In this document: one piece after another, positions 1 to 13,228 of the stretch
How positions within the stretch are numbered: position 1 is the first letter of the stretch
Layout of the letters: each line of letters begins with the position of its first letter
NCBI GenBank assembly: GCA_036172245.1
Contig: JAYWIR010000004.1
Coordinates: 1,302,001-1,366,000, forward strand
DNA length: 64,000 bases
Direction: 5' to 3'
Source of the DNA: Raillietiella orientalis
Lineage: Eukaryota
Translations under genes and position numbers: made by a program
The notes under the pieces: model-generated
What the model saw: the letters and a program-made list of their open reading frames with translations, nothing else
Database searches by the model: none
Told to the model about the DNA's origin: nothing

Positions 1-137
1 CTCCGCATCAGAACTCCGCGATCTCTCAGGAGCACCCCTTTGCGACTACTGTCGGGATCTGTGCTCATCGAGGCTCCAACAGAGCTCACACCCGATCCCC
101 TGTGAACGCACCGTCGCCAGCCTCCTTCGGCGGTATA

Positions 138-158
138 CCGTGGCCTGAGGAACCTGCC
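138..158. repeat. 21-bp motif shared with 4518-4538 (probably two remnants of the same LINE region)
   Basis: CCGTGGCCTGAGGAACCTGCC occurs at both positions with similar flanks; no coding identity established. Confidence 0.5.
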
Positions 159-469
159 ATCCTCGGACGGAGGAACGTCCAAGGGCGGGAAAGAGTCTGT
201 TCCGGGAGTTGGGTGCAGGTTGGGTTCCCCGTCTTCAGAGCCGATTGCCCTGTAAGGCGGGTAGTTCCGAGCTCCTTTGCGGACTTCCTATGCGCCGTTG
301 CCAACGCCCTGCGGTCTATAGAAACCGGAATTTTTCAAGGGATCCGATGAACACCGCAAGGTTCTTTCAGTTCATAGAGCTTATCGGAATGGATCCACTA
401 GGGACATGCTCGAGGATTATGATGGTACGGACTTCGGAAGTTATCATTCGGAAGACTTCAGGATCTTAA

Positions 470-2450
470 TCATTTGCAGTTTGAGAGTAGCTCGAGGTTA
501 TTTCGATCCCAAGGCATCCTTAATCGTTCGCCTTACAGGAGCATACTGCGTCCTGTTCGATGTGCGCCAGTTACCTTGAGGGAAAATTCGAAGGGAACCA
601 TCTGCCGCGGGCTTCTATTCGTCCTTCTACCGTGCACTCAGCTCTTTTCCTCTTTTCTTAGCCAGCAGTTTATTCTAGTATTGAGGCGACCTCATTGCGA
701 GAAGATCGTGTAGATGACTGCTGACTGGGTTCAGACCGAAAGGGCTGCAGATTCTGCGGAAAACCTCATCATCGAGCTTACCTTTCCCTAGGCTTGGATG
801 CCGCCACAGGGGTTTGGTCGCCTGCGATAATGCAGGATAAGTTCTATCTCGCCGGTAGGCATCTGTCGTCGCTAGGGCAGACAGAGCTGCGGCAAGAGGT
901 GTGGCGTCCAGGGTCCTCAACTCATTCGGGTTCTGAGGTACCTTTTCTAAAGAATGGCTCAGGAAGAATCGCAAGGGACAAAGTTCCACTGGACACATTT
1001 CCTGGTTTGCAGCCCAGGATACGACCGTCTCCCGCCGCCAAGCAGTGGAATTCAGAGAGCAGCAGGAGATCCACGGATGGGCTTCCAGAAGGGAGACGAC
1101 TTGCCTGAGATGGAACCCATACCCCCCACGCACCCTGTACCGAAAGCTCAGCAGCAACGCGAGCTGTCCTTCGCTGGCGGCGCATCTCCGAAGCATGAGG
1201 CGCACAGACGCAGACCACGGGGAAATCCAAAGTTTGGTCGCGACTAACATACGGAGCTGCAATTTTCTCTGATTTTCTCTAGCATCAGGATGTCTAAGAC
1301 GACATTCCGGTGCGGAGCCACCGAGTCTTTGAGGTGGATCCTGGGCCACACATGTCCCCACAAAGTATTTCTCGACAGGCGTTGAGCCCGTAGCTTGGTC
1401 TGAGTAGGGGAGCAGCAAACGAAAAATAAAGGCAAGGAAGTGGAGCGAAGCAAACGTCCCAAACGGCAGCCCGCTCTGGCAAGACGAACTTGTCATCGCT
1501 GAACGGGTCAAAGGCCACGTCCGCCTTTCAAGGGCAGTCCGACCACTCTTTGGTGGCACCGAAATCGCCCAACGGGACGCCAAGGTACCTGAAATACTTG
1601 ATCGTATGTATCCTCAGGCAGATCCAGTCGGACTGCCCCTCCCACGTCGCACCGACTGGGAAGACCATGCACTTACTCCTGTCGATCTCACACCCGCTCC
1701 CCGACGGATCAGCTCGAACAAGTCCTTGAGCCCAGGAGAGAATCGCAGGCTGGTGCATGGTTTCTGCTGAAGGTTGCTAGAGAGAGCAATGCATGATTCT
1801 TCGCTTCGACGCGGCGGGTAGAATTGATCAGGCCTTCAGAAAGTATCGACCGGTCGACCTCTTCAAGAGCAGCATTCGTGACCCGAAGTACTTGCCCGTG
1901 GGTTCGGGAGACCTCTTTGTGGTTCACCTGTTCATCCTGGATCTGCATGCGCAGAGAGAACTCAACTCTTTGAATCTCCGAAGAGCGCACGGCCGGCGAA
2001 AGCAGGCGCGCGCTCGGCCGTCTGATTGAGACTTCGGCCTCTTCCTGCTTCGGGTTGCGGCAGAGAGCAAGCACGACCCGGTGGATTGTGCGCAACGACA
2101 ATGCGCATGCACAGCTTGCTGGACGGAAAATCCGGGATAAAAGACTCCGTCGGCCAGCTCCTTCCTCGACGGGCACCTGCAATCGCGGGCGGCCAGGATT
2201 CGTTCGACCTTGCCCGACCGTGCTCGGATCGAGACTGGAGTGCCATTCTGCAACAAAAATTCTCCCCCCCTGCGTGGACCCTTTTTGGAGACTAGTTAAT
2301 TCTCTCCAGTGCTGCAAAGCTCCTCCGAGGGCTTCCCACGAGGTCTCGCCGCGCCACAGCTAGAGGATTGGGAGGCCTCGAAGCGCTCGGTGCGAGGTTT
2401 CTGCGAGAACTTTCATTTGGATCGCCTCCGGGCCTTGCCTCCCGGTCGAG
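470..2450 (-). mobile_element. Degenerate L1/Tx1-type LINE ORF2 (RT, thumb and downstream region), frameshifted
   Basis: Minus-strand pieces: AALEEVDRSIL (KAFDRV-like), SGCEIDRSKC...KYFRYLGVPL (RT subdomains 6/7), KFVLPERAAVW...QRKLQLRMLVATKLW, which is homologous to the + strand ORF at 9569. Confidence 0.7.
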
Positions 2451-2484
2451 CCGGGGCGTTTCTTGAGAATGAACTTGCAATGAG

Positions 2485-3400
2485 AGGAATCCGTGGTAGG
2501 ACACCTGGCCTTACCACGATCATTGAACAAGGGCGGGCCGAGATGCCGATACTCAGACCGGAGAGGTTCGCCTCAGCAGCAGACGAAGGAGGGGCATACA
2601 AGAAGGAAGATAAAATAAAAATAAATAAAAATACATGGAAAAACAATTTGGAGGGTTCGGGGAGGGATTACTGACTGCTAGAGGGTGTCATCCGCATGCT
2701 TTCTAGGGTGTCGGCAAGGCCCCGCTGCATGTTGCCCAGGCGGGGCCATCTCGCTGCCCTCTGCAGGTAGCAAAAGACAGAGTGGATGGCATCCCTATCG
2801 CGCTTCCCTCCTCTGGTGCAGGCTGCCACAATTCTACGAAGGCAGCAAAGAGCTTCCAAGGACGCAGCTGGAGGTAGTTCGTTCCCTCACGAAGAGAAGT
2901 TTGAAACGTCCCTGCGGTTGCCAGCCAGGGTTCGGAGGGTCGTCGCGAAACGATCCCATAGGAGCTCGAGCGCAGCACGACCCGCAAGCAGGTGTGAGAG
3001 CAATTCACGTTCTCCTCACTTGAGACATTCCGGGTCCCCTCCCCCATCCTTAGGTCCAATGATGTTGGCAGGCTTTGCTGGAACGCACCGACTCCTGCCA
3101 CTTCTGGGCCGCGAGATGCACCAAATCTTATAAAGGTAGCTGGACCTAGCGAAAAAGTCCGACTTCGGCGAACTTCTTCGCTTCTTTTCCAAAGTTCGAC
3201 TTGAACGGAGGAATGCGAAACAAGCAACTGCACCTTTCTTGCAAGCGCAGTCCTGGAAGCGAACCGTGGACGTCCGTCGCCTGGAGGAATTTTCGGGAGG
3301 GGCCGAAGGTCAGGACTGGAAGCCCTTTGAGGGCCTGGACGAACAGGTCCCGGAGTGCTCGGCCGCAGCGTAGGTTCATCATTCGGTATCCACATGGAAG
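2485..3400 (-). mobile_element. L1/Tx1 LINE 3' end (decayed CCHC finger, C-terminus, 3' UTR)
   Basis: EALCCLRRIVAAC...RDAIHSVF matches the C-terminus of the 4765-5440 copy. It is followed by a T-rich tract and the family 3' UTR hairpins (2492-2518). Confidence 0.7.
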
Positions 3401-3479
3401 TTTGTTGAAATCAATGAACTCACAACAAAAGAGTAATGGCGGAACATTAGGTACTACCACGCCCAGATGATCAAGGGAA

Positions 3480-4100
3480 CACTCCGGATCCAGGTCGCTC
3501 TTAGAGACACGAGGAAGGGGAACCCCAAAAAAGAAAAAGAAAACAAAACGAATAAAGAAACATGAAAACTGTTCTTTGGTGGTTCGAGAAGAGGTTGAAT
3601 CGTGCTCTGCAGCGGCCTGTTCATCCTGTGCAGGTGACAGCAAGGCTTTTCTCGATGCTTCCCAGGTCGGGCCATCTGGTCCTCATGGGGGGTTGCATCC
3701 AGTGGATGGCATCCCTGTCGCGCTGTCCTCTTCTCAAGGCGTTCCGAGCCGCCACTGTCCCGCGGAGGAGCCGGCAGCATTGAAGCGCCCACGAAGAGGT
3801 GCTTCATTACGCCTCCGGGCTGCCAGCCGGGACTCGGAAGGCCGCTACGAAACGCTCCCAAAGTGGAACCGGAGGGGCAGCACAGCCCGCAAAGCAAGTG
3901 CAGGAGGAATTCACGTCCCCTGTGCCTACCACAGTTTGGATCCTTTGGGTGGGGCACTTGGAGTCGCGGCGTCCATGAACCCCCGTGTAGACCTCCCGGC
4001 AGAGGGCTTCGATTCTCCTGCAATGTTGCAGGTAACGTCCCACTCCATCGGTGTGCCGCCGCCCGGGGCTTTCTCCAAGGAGAGCAACACTGGGGCGACG
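3480..4100 (-). mobile_element. L1/Tx1 LINE 3' end
   Basis: NCGRHRGREFLLHLLCG and PLWERFVAAFRVP resemble CSRCGEKETLPHLLVDC...PWERFAASLRIP; T-rich tract on the minus strand at ~3525-3560. Confidence 0.6.
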
Positions 4101-4764
4101 GGAGTTCTCGAAGCCTCCATAGTTTTCACGGGACTCCTCAGAATCTCCACCCATCATTAAGCAACCCTTCTTGGAGTGTACACGATTGCTCCGGGATCCT
4201 TCCCCACGCCTGAACTGCTTCCTGGAACCAGACTCTGTACTTTGCTTGTTGATAGGAGATCCAGGAGTTGTCCTTCAGAAGGTGAGCTCAGCGGGAGAGT
4301 TTACTACTACTCCTTCCACGCGAGGACACTCTAGAGGTACCTCAGGATCTACTGAGCCACGCTCAGAGGCTGTTGTCCTGGAGCCCTCCACCACATCAGA
4401 CCTCCAGGATCTTACGGGAGTAGTTGCCACCATCCTCAAGACTTGTGCTGGCAGGGGACTCCAGCGGGTTCATGCCCAGATCCTTTTGCGCTCACAGTCG
4501 CGACCTCCGTCGACATGCCGTGGCCTGAGGAACCTGCCGTCCTCCGGTACGTCCCGGCTGCTGGGCATAGGCTCGAACACGTGACCACCATCAATCTCCA
4601 GGACCGGTTGCTTCGGCAGGTGAGTCGTTCACGACGCTGCTAAGGGGATTCAGAATAGCGTGGCCACCGTACTGATGACGTCTTCCAGTGCGCGACTTTC
4701 CGCAACGTCTGTCGCCAAAGGTGCTCTCGTGCGAGGGTTGACACCAGCTCCGGGGCGTTAATTC

Positions 4765-5440
4765 ATATAAAAATAAGCTTACAAGTCGGTGGTAGGACAC
4801 TTGGTTCTGCCACGTTACAAATGTAACCATGGGAATCTGCCGAGAACCCGCACGCAGGCCGACGAGGTTCGCCTCGGCAACAGAGGGCAGGAACCAAAAA
4901 AAAATAAAATAAAAACATAAAATATGTTCACATATTCTGAAGGGGTCGGGAAGGGATTACACACACCTGGAGGGTGCTCTCTGCATCCTGTCCAGGATGT
5001 CGAGAAGTTCCTGTTTCAAGGTTCCCATATAGGACCAGCTTGATGCTGTCCTCAAAAGGAGGACCGCAAAATGGATGGCGTCCCTGTCATCCTGACCTCC
5101 GTTGGCATTGCTTCAGGTCGCTTTGATCCCGCGTAGGCAGCAAAGTGCCGCTAGGGATGCGGCCGGCGTGAGAGCGTCGCGCAGGAAGAAGCGCATCAAA
5201 ATGTCTCTGGAGTTGACTTTGGGAATCCGCAGGGACGCGGCAAAGCGTTCCCACGGGGTACAAAGGGCAAAACAGTCCACAAGTAGGTGAGGGAGAGTCT
5301 CTTTTTCTCCGCACCTGCTGCAGTTCGAGCTCGCCCCCCCCCCCGAGTCCAATGTTGTCGACGGGCGCTGCACGGGAGGCCCCAATGCAACAGCAGGATT
5401 CTGCCACTTGCCACTCGTGCGAGGGTGGGAGTCGCGACGA
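4765..5440 (-). mobile_element. L1/Tx1 LINE 3' end, near-identical to 22078-22700
   Basis: LLLHWGLP...CSRCGEKETLPHLLVDC is the L1 ORF2 C-terminal zinc finger (zf-RVT type). About 620 bp (4769-5387) match 22081-22699 with only a handful of differences. Confidence 0.85.
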
Positions 5441-6779
5441 AGCCTCAGCAGAGCTTCTGGTGATGTCATCACCATTCGTTGTCCGGCAAGACCTGGACTG
5501 AATTTCATGTTTTGAATGGATTTTCCATCATTTATTAATCACGCCCAGCGCACCTTGGCCGATTCCTTGGAAGCGCGTTCTGCGGCTTGCACTCCCGCTT
5601 GCTCGTCACAACAGTCGATTTCAGGTCACCTCACCACGTAAGAGGCGGATGCAGGGGCGCCTTGCATTCGTTTTCGAAGGATGCACCTTAGTGTCCAGGA
5701 TGGCATCTTCCCGCAATGGTAGGTGCCCCATCCTCTTCTGAGGTTTATCGGTTTATCCCTTTTCTTCTTAGAAGACTGCAATGACTCCCCTATTTGTAGC
5801 TGGTACATTCCCATCTCTCACTTCACTTTCAGACTCGATGCAGTCGGTTCTGCCCGCGATTGGGTGCTCCCTTTCCAGGTCCTTCAACGTGGACCTCGTA
5901 TCGTGTTCTTCCAGGAGGTCACGATCTCGTTGGCCGCCTCAATGAATTTGGTTCCTCTCCCCCCTTCCCTCCAAAGCAGTTTGCTCCTCGAGCTGGAACT
6001 TCGGTTTCTCCTTGGTGACGCTCTTTCAGGAACGAGTCCCGCATCTTACAGAGTCGTCGCAGAACTTGGGTCTGCTCCTCGCCCCGAGTGCACCCCGAGT
6101 ATGGAACTCCTCGACCTGCTTTGCTTCCAAGGTTGCTACTCCGCCGCTTGCAGTTGGCGTTCCGGGAGTTGTGGCTCTTCCTGTGTTTTCGTTCTCTTGA
6201 TGCTCTTCTTGTCTAACTCGGAAATTCCCTAAGGTCCTTCCGTCCTATCTTCTTTTGCTTTTCCTGCTCCTTCGTTCCCCCCCCCACGAGGAATGCAGAC
6301 CCTGGACCTTAAGCCAAGGAGCGTATTTTCTGCACACCTTTTTCGCGCGACCACACAGCCTGCACGAGTGGCACAACCACGGTCGTGTGCAGGCGCGGAT
6401 GGGGCAGCCACACCGACAGCAGCGCGCCTTGTCGCAGGCTCCGATCTATGTCCTAAGCTGATTGCAGCCCACGAAGGCAGTGGACCTGTAACGGACCACC
6501 ACATGCTGCTAGTGGGCGCCCATTCACTACTCCCGGGAGTCCCGCGTCCTCACAATCCCTCTCCTGGGGATCTTACCCACGTAGTTACGGAATTCCGCAT
6601 GCCCGGCTTGTACGAATTGGGCGAAGTACCGCAACGCGATCCTGTCGGTGTGCGCACCGATTCCGGTCAGGAACAGTCGTGGTGGTGGGTTCTCCCAGTC
6701 CACGCAACAGGCAACCGCCCAACATGATGTCTCACATGCTCCACGAGAGCGTCCACTCGTTCTTCTCTCTCGATGTGGA

Positions 6780-8630
6780 TTATGAGTCCACAGGCGGTGA
6801 TGATTGATGCTTGTATTTTCTTAAAATGTACGTCGCACTTGCACAACGCAGTGTGGATGTCCTTGGTGCTGCTCTATCGTACAGACACTGTCTTGAATTT
6901 TTCAACCATACACGGAGACAACGTGTGCACATTTGTACCTGTTTGCAAACGTCATTGTTCACAGCACTGTGACACTTTTCCGTGATTTTTTGTCGGTAGG
7001 AGTTATTGGATATTCTCTGGGCTGTCCTCAATCTTTTTGAAGATGCAATGATACGTCCATGATGAGAATCGGCGGCAGTTTCTGACTTCTCCTTCTGAAT
7101 AATTCCTCTTAGGATCCCCATGTTGTGTCTCTTCCATGTGTTGCCTTTGCTGTCGTTTTCATTTTTGCTCGTCTTACCACCATGCTCGTGGTGAAGAGAG
7201 CAATGGTTGCTATTGTCATGGGATTGCATCGGTGAACTATTCCATTCACTTCACACAATCCCTCCAGGATCTCGATCCTTATGCTGCTCTTCAGGTTAGT
7301 CACTGCCTTAAGCGTTTCTTCCGGTCTTGGCGTACCGTTAGGCAGGCGAGCACGTGGAGTTGGGGTTTCCTTGTCTCCACACACCGTGCAGAGCTCATCT
7401 TGGAGGTTACCATCCCAATGTTCAATTCTTGAGCCAGTCCAGGATTCCTCCATGGTCAGATACATTTGGAGGTCATCCCGATAAACATTTGTTCTCAAAA
7501 CTCTCCAGCCGTTTGCCGATTCACCTTCCGGATCCCGTAGCGTCCAGAAAGCTGTGACGAGGATTCATGGCTGCCGTCTTTAAGGAGGGAGGGGGATGAA
7601 ATCTTGGAGATTCTTTCTTGTTATTTTAGACCATGCAATTTGTCGAGTTTCCTCCACTTCGCGTGTCTTTTGAGTGAATCTTTCCATAACCCTTTCCGGG
7701 TAGCGGAATGGTCGCCTTTGATAGTGGTTGCCACTGGTGGCGAATCGTTCGCGGTCTCGAATAGTTCAATGTGGACCGCTGGTGTATCCACTGCTAAGTC
7801 TTCCGTGGAACGGGCACAAAGCAAGGAATCATCAAAACCAGCTCTTCTTTTCTGATTTCCTTCTTCCCAGAACAAACCTCTTTTTGAAGGACACTGCCTT
7901 CAGCTCCGGGCCAAATTTCACGATGAACACGTCTTACCTTTCAATTAGGAGGACCTCAGACTTTTCTCCCTTGTGCGCCTGGTGGTCTGCAGCTCGCTAG
8001 TTGCCATACTTGTGGCCACTCCCGCCGGATATGAGGCTTCCGGCGTTGATGAAGTTGTTTGTCTGCTTCCCCTTCGACGGACGACGTCTGCGGCCAGCAC
8101 GCTTGCATCTCACTGCTGGAAAGTCCATATCTTCGGAAGGGCAGGTCTACCGTGGGTTCCTCTACACCAGCAATGTCACTCACCGTTAGGAGCGTCCGGG
8201 AGAGGGGCCACTCTTTCGCAAGTCACACATTATGCATTATCCCATGCGCTCGGTCCAGGGTCATCTGCGGATACCCCAAACAGTCGATCGAGAGTCGTCT
8301 GAGGTTTTCCGACGGTCCCTTGGCAGGGGGCGCGAGCACCAACTCCTCGCGGGGATGGTCGGAGAGGCGCGAGTGGATGCAGGAGCGTTCTGCCACCCAC
8401 AAATGGAGGCTCTCGCCCAGAGGCACGTGGTCCACGTGTCTCTAGAAGAACACCTCCACATCACCCGCGAACACGCTGCTGGGGAGCTTGTGCGCGCGCG
8501 GCTGTCTCCGCTAGTCGTCCCCCCAGCAGGAGAATGTTGAAACCGCCTGCCACCAGGTGAGGACTCGGGGTCAGGCATCGATTCTGCAGCGAGACGAGAA
8601 ATGCCACGTGCTCGGCGCGCGCGCTCCATC
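6780..8630 (-). mobile_element. Degenerate Ty3/Gypsy LTR retrotransposon internal region (gag, RNase H end, integrase zinc-binding domain)
   Basis: Order along the minus strand: gag-like GESLHLW...EELVL...YPQMTLDRA (8223-8435); eroded knuckle HQRRKPHIRREWP; RDPEG...RLESF (RNase H C-end, ~7500-7550); HHG...RTAQRI...NDVCKQVQMCTRC (integrase H2C2, ~6920-7070). No LTRs recognised. Confidence 0.5.
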
Positions 8631-8729
8631 CCCTCCTGTGGCGTACACGTTGGCGACTGCGGGTCGGATCAGGTCAGACCAGCGCAGGTGAACTTGACAT
8701 ATGCGGCCTAAGTCATCGAACTCGGCTCA

Positions 8730-9070
8730 CAGCAAGAGTGGCACGCTCTCCACATCCATGTGGCGCAATGCCGCCAAAGCATGATCACCCTTATCGATCG
8801 CTCTAGCTCGCGCGCTTCCTGGTCGGTTATCGCGTGGTCTTCCTGCAGGAGGACGAGGCCGAACGTGCAAGGGAGACGTCCTGCCGCTTCCGATTTCTCG
8901 GCATGCGCATGCCGTGGGCGTTCCAGCTCGCGGTAAGCAGACGCCGCGTTGAAGAGAGGAGTGACTGATCCATCTGGTCGCTGGCGAGCACCACGTTCCG
9001 AGCGAAAGACCTCGGCAGAACCACTTCATCGCTGTCGGCCTCCGTCGTGCCTCTGGCAGTCTGCAATATC
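8730..9070 (-). mobile_element. L1-type ORF2 APE endonuclease N-terminus fragment
   Basis: LLTASWNAHGMR...KR, then in a shifted frame LVLLQEDH, matching the SWNVxGL...LQETH motifs of APE endonucleases. Confidence 0.6.
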
Positions 9071-9329
9071 CGTCGGCGGTAAGCCGTTTTCTTTTGGGAT
9101 GCAAAGGACAGTGCGGGTCCTCGTATGGGCCAGGGACGTATTTCCTGTGTTTGTCAGCAACGGTGTCTGCCCCGCCACCTCCAGCGAGGAAGATGGATTC
9201 CACAGCCTTCTTTGGCCGTCCGCAAGCTCTCCCATTCGCACTCAGGGACTCAGCCTGCGGAATCGCTTTCGCGGCACGCCCACGCTAGCGACGTGCTCTG
9301 CGACAGCACGTGCGGCTAAACGGCGGTTT

Positions 9330-9540
9330 GGGGGATCACGCCTAGCTCGCTCCAGGTGCGGGAAACGATTCCATCGTCCCGCACCTGAAGCAGTTCGGGG
9401 AAGCAACTCCCCCGGAAACCAGGTGCCTGCTTTGGTTGTACCGAAATCCCTCCAGTGCGAAAACAGCAGGACGTCCCATGATTTCCAACGGGACTGGAAC
9501 ACGGAGGTCTCTGCACACAGGGAAGGGACTACGAATTATT
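9330..9540 (-). mobile_element. L1/Tx1 C-terminal finger fragment
   Basis: WDVLLFSHW...NCFRCGTMESFPHL, homologous to LLLHW...CSRCGEKETLPHL. Confidence 0.5.
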
Positions 9541-9569
9541 CGAGGGCACACCAAGCAGTCGGTTCGATG

Positions 9570-10140
9570 TGGTCAGGGCATCTGGACTGGATCCGCCTGT
9601 TATCCCCACCGATCAGTCCTTTAAGTACTTTAGTGCACCGTTGGGGGGCTATTCACCGGCGGAGGCGTGGTCCAGCTGCCTCCAGAAGGCAGAGTTGGCG
9701 GTCGGTCCGTTCCGGGATGGCAAGTTTCTCTTGCCGGGACGGGCCGCGGTGTGGAAAGCGTTTGTGATTACCCTCGTACGCCCCCTGCTTTTTGTTTGTC
9801 CCCCCCCCTCCCCGAGTAGCATTAAAAGGCGGACGAAGGACCTGAGAATCGCCCTGTGGGGCAAAGGGAGGCCCCAAGTCCGCCTGAAGGACTTGTGCGC
9901 TCCGCGTCGCAGCGGAGGCTTCGGCCTCCTGACGCTGGAGCGCCTGGAGCGGCAGCTCCAGTGCAGGACGCTTGTCCTAGTGGCGAAGTTTTGGAGCACA
10001 AACTGGTACGATCCCGCACGATACCTGATCCAGCGAGCCACCGGCTACGCGGGACTATCCTCGTTCCTGGCACAGCGACGCACACGCAACGTGTCCAGAT
10101 GAGGACTAAAGCTCCGGCGAGTGACCAAGCTGACTAGGAC
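9570..10140 (+). mobile_element. L1/Tx1 ORF2 thumb region fragment
   Basis: FKYFSAPL (KYLG-like), FLLPGRAAVWK (LS..GR), LCAPRRSGGFGL (P...GGLG), all typical L1-clade post-RT motifs. Confidence 0.75.
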
Positions 10141-10149
10141 GAATAACTG

Positions 10150-10840
10150 TTCTTCTGCCGGCTCGTGAACGGTAGTGCCTGGCTGCAGGAAGCCGTTCGC
10201 ACATGGTCCAGCTCGCTTTTCTTGCAGCCATCGAGGAGTTTTTCGACTCCTGCAATTTTGCAGGAGAATTCCCACCCCGCCGGTTGGCTGCTGTCGTCTT
10301 TTGCCCTGAGGTCAGACAGTGCTACAGCAAGGAATGCAATGGCTATCTGGTAGAAGTCCTGTAGAAGATATCCTAGCGCCTTGCATAGGAGTTTACGCAG
10401 CGTTCGAAGTCCTCTGGGCGCACTTCCAGAGCGGCCACCCAGGACTCCAGCGCGTCCTGCCGTCAGGCATTCAGTTTGAAGGGCGTCAACAGATCCAAGG
10501 CAGAGATGTCGACAATGAGGACAGTTGTCTCAGGGGAAAGCCGAATCCTGACATCTTGTGTCCATCTCACGGTAGCAATGGAGGTCCTGCGCTTCCAGAG
10601 CATTTCTGGAGGATGTGGCCGGAGGGTTGGGGTATCTCGGCAGCAGGCGAAAGCCCGTCATGTATGAAGCAGAGCCGCGGCAGCTCTTTTGGAGTGACTT
10701 CGGATCGAACTCAGGCAGCCGCGAGGCGTTTCCACACTCTCAAAGGGCGCCATAGTCCAGAAGCAGGTGCGGAATCACTTCTGCTTCCTCGCACCTGGAG
10801 CAGTCCGCCCAGCAGAGCAGCCATCTTGCTCTGTGCTGGG
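10150..10840 (-). mobile_element. Mixed L1/Tx1 fragments (C-terminal finger plus EN-linker)
   Basis: CSRCEEAEVIPHLLLDY at ~10755-10805; FKLNA (WKLN-like) at ~10465-10480; WEF motif at ~10265-10275. Confidence 0.45.
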
Positions 10841-11149
10841 TGCCACTCAGGGTTTTTTTGCACCTCTCCTTCTGGAGACTTCTAAGGTGCTACCAACTCT
10901 TCGCTGACCTTGGCCAGAGTGGGAGCGCAGCTGAGCTCCGGAGTAACGGTGGCGTCATCGATCGCGCGTTGATTACATTCACGACTGCCCATTCGATTAG
11001 GTAATGCACACGAGCTGTCCTTTGCGGCCTCTGTCGTCGAAAAGTATACCGCACAGCCCCTGATGCACTTGAGGCTTCAAGGCAAATACGACCCGGTATG
11101 TGCTCCAAGACTGCATTTGATCAAAAGCCCTTTTCCCGTTCAACTGCTA

Positions 11150-11620
11150 TTCTCGCGGATTGTTTGAGAGGAGCTGTTGAAGTGCGAGGTCAAAGTTCCT
11201 CAAGGATTCAGTCAACGCATTCCTATTCTCAATGTCACCCGGGTCGCTCGCATTTCGTGCCGCCATGAAAAGCTCTGGTAAGCCGCTTCCATCACTCTCC
11301 ATAAGGAAAAGAAGCGAGAGCAGCCAAACGGCAGGGTGGGTTTTACTTGCACCTTCACAGGTACGAGCAGGTCTTTACAGGTCGTTAGAGAATGGGGGGG
11401 AGGACAACCCAGCTAGCCGACGCGACCACTCCGATGAGATGGGACGCTAGACGGCGTGTCAACTTGCTGACGCTTCTACTCCCGCTGCCCACCTGAAAGA
11501 ATATCTCCGCAGGGACGATCCATCCGGAATTTCCCTGGGAAATCTCGAGATCCCCGAGATGTTTTCGGACAGATCCGCTCATTCCTTGCAGTGACAGTAG
11601 CTGGCGTCGCAACTGTTGCA
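11150..11620 (-). mobile_element. Highly decayed L1-type thumb fragment
   Basis: VRKHLG (KYLG-like) followed by KLTRRLA...VLPPIL; weak. Confidence 0.3.
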
Positions 11621-12149
11621 TTGGGTTGTACCTTGCAACTCACGCTGACACCTATGGCCCGGTAGGGAGGGAGAGCGGAAAGGTGGCCCTGAGAGATGAT
11701 GTGGAGCCCATTTGGATCGTCCTCTGATCAACAGGACCTTCCGAATTGTTCAATAAGAATCCTCTGCCCGTAATATGAGACACATTCCTTCTCACCGTTG
11801 TGGTCTTCATACAGTATCTTACAGCAACTCTATTCACGATCCAGCGATTGCAATTGCAGTCACGTTGCAAACCTCAACACACACACAAAAAAACAACAAC
11901 CCCGTTCCATCAGGGAACTTCACCGGGTTAAGACACGGCACTACGTTCCTCGCCCTCAGTATCCCTTCTTGATGAACGAATGAGAAGGGAAACGAAAAAA
12001 TTGGCCAGGTCTGATACCATCACGAGTTTCGGGAATACGGGTTCCTGCTGAACGAGCAATTTTATGTTGGCTCGCGAACGTGAACTCCAACCGGCCCCGG
12101 TAAACGTCGTCAGGTGCGAGGGCACGAGTTCACGAAAAAATGAACTCTG

Positions 12150-13080
12150 TTCAGAAGTCAGCAGTTAACACATCGGAATTGCATTTTTAGTATATTGTGA
12201 AAAATAATGAGCAAGCGAATGCTGTTTTTGAAGAGCCGGGATCCCATTAAGAAGTAATAATGGATTAGGAAAGACCTTTTCAGAAGCATTTCTCGGCAGG
12301 GGTCAAAAGAAAACCATAATAAAAGAATGCTCCTTCTCATATTCGCAGAGAAAGAGCACGTTTAATAAACAGGCTCTCGTAAGGAAACCAGAGATGCACA
12401 TATACCGGATCCCGTGCTGTTTTCTTTTCCGAATTCCTTGGTGACACCTCGGAAATTCTGAAGTAGAATCTGATACTGCTCACCTGAGCCACACGGGCAA
12501 GACCTCAACAAACCTGGTTGCTAGTTCTGATCATCCGGAGGCATGTCGAACAGTTGGTTCCCAATTGAAAGCAGGCTCGTAGACACTTTATAAAATTCCG
12601 CATTTGTCTCATAAGTAAAAGATGTTTGAAAGAAAAGAAAAATCCCTGAGAAATATTCTGAGGACGTAACGGTATACAACTCTCCACGTTTTTCATATAA
12701 AAGGAAGCTGATTTGCTCGTGTTTGCTTCCAGATCGATGAACACAAATCCTGAAGACAGCGATACAGGGAACGCTCTCTACCATCAACGAAGTTTCCGTT
12801 CCTTCGTTTATCCCAATGATGACATTCTGCTGTTTACGGAAAAGCACCATCCACTTAGGAAGCTCTAAATGCTGATGCTTGTCTACTCTGCTTTCCGATC
12901 TCCCATTCTCTTTGGTAAACGACTAAGTGACAAAATGGAAAGAGAAAAGAAATAAATCACAAAGGGTGATGACTGGACACACTGCCGTGTTAGAAGGGGC
13001 AGCTGGCAGAGCCGTGTTTCAAAGCTCTGATTGGTTAGTGACTCAGGACAATGCTGCGAACAGGAACTCTCCGCCATTAC
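12150..13080 (-). pseudogene. Putative decayed NERD-like nuclease/SF1 helicase copy A
   Basis: Minus-strand order: SPFVIYF (~12950), GFVFIDLEA (12725-12751, G++IEVK-like), then VWL/EQYQILLQNFRGVTKEFGKEK (12419-12495, LTxEQ followed by a P-loop-like segment). Frameshifted; inferred by eye. Confidence 0.3.
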
Positions 13081-13228
13081 TTATCGCTCTCAGGCGCATG
13101 ATACGCCGTTAACCTCGAAGTGTTCATTCTGCGAGCTATCACTGACATTGGTCGAGTATTAAGAGTTGTGAAACACATGATGGGAAAATAAAAGTAATCA
13201 GAACTGTGTGTTGGGGAGCCCCGATTCA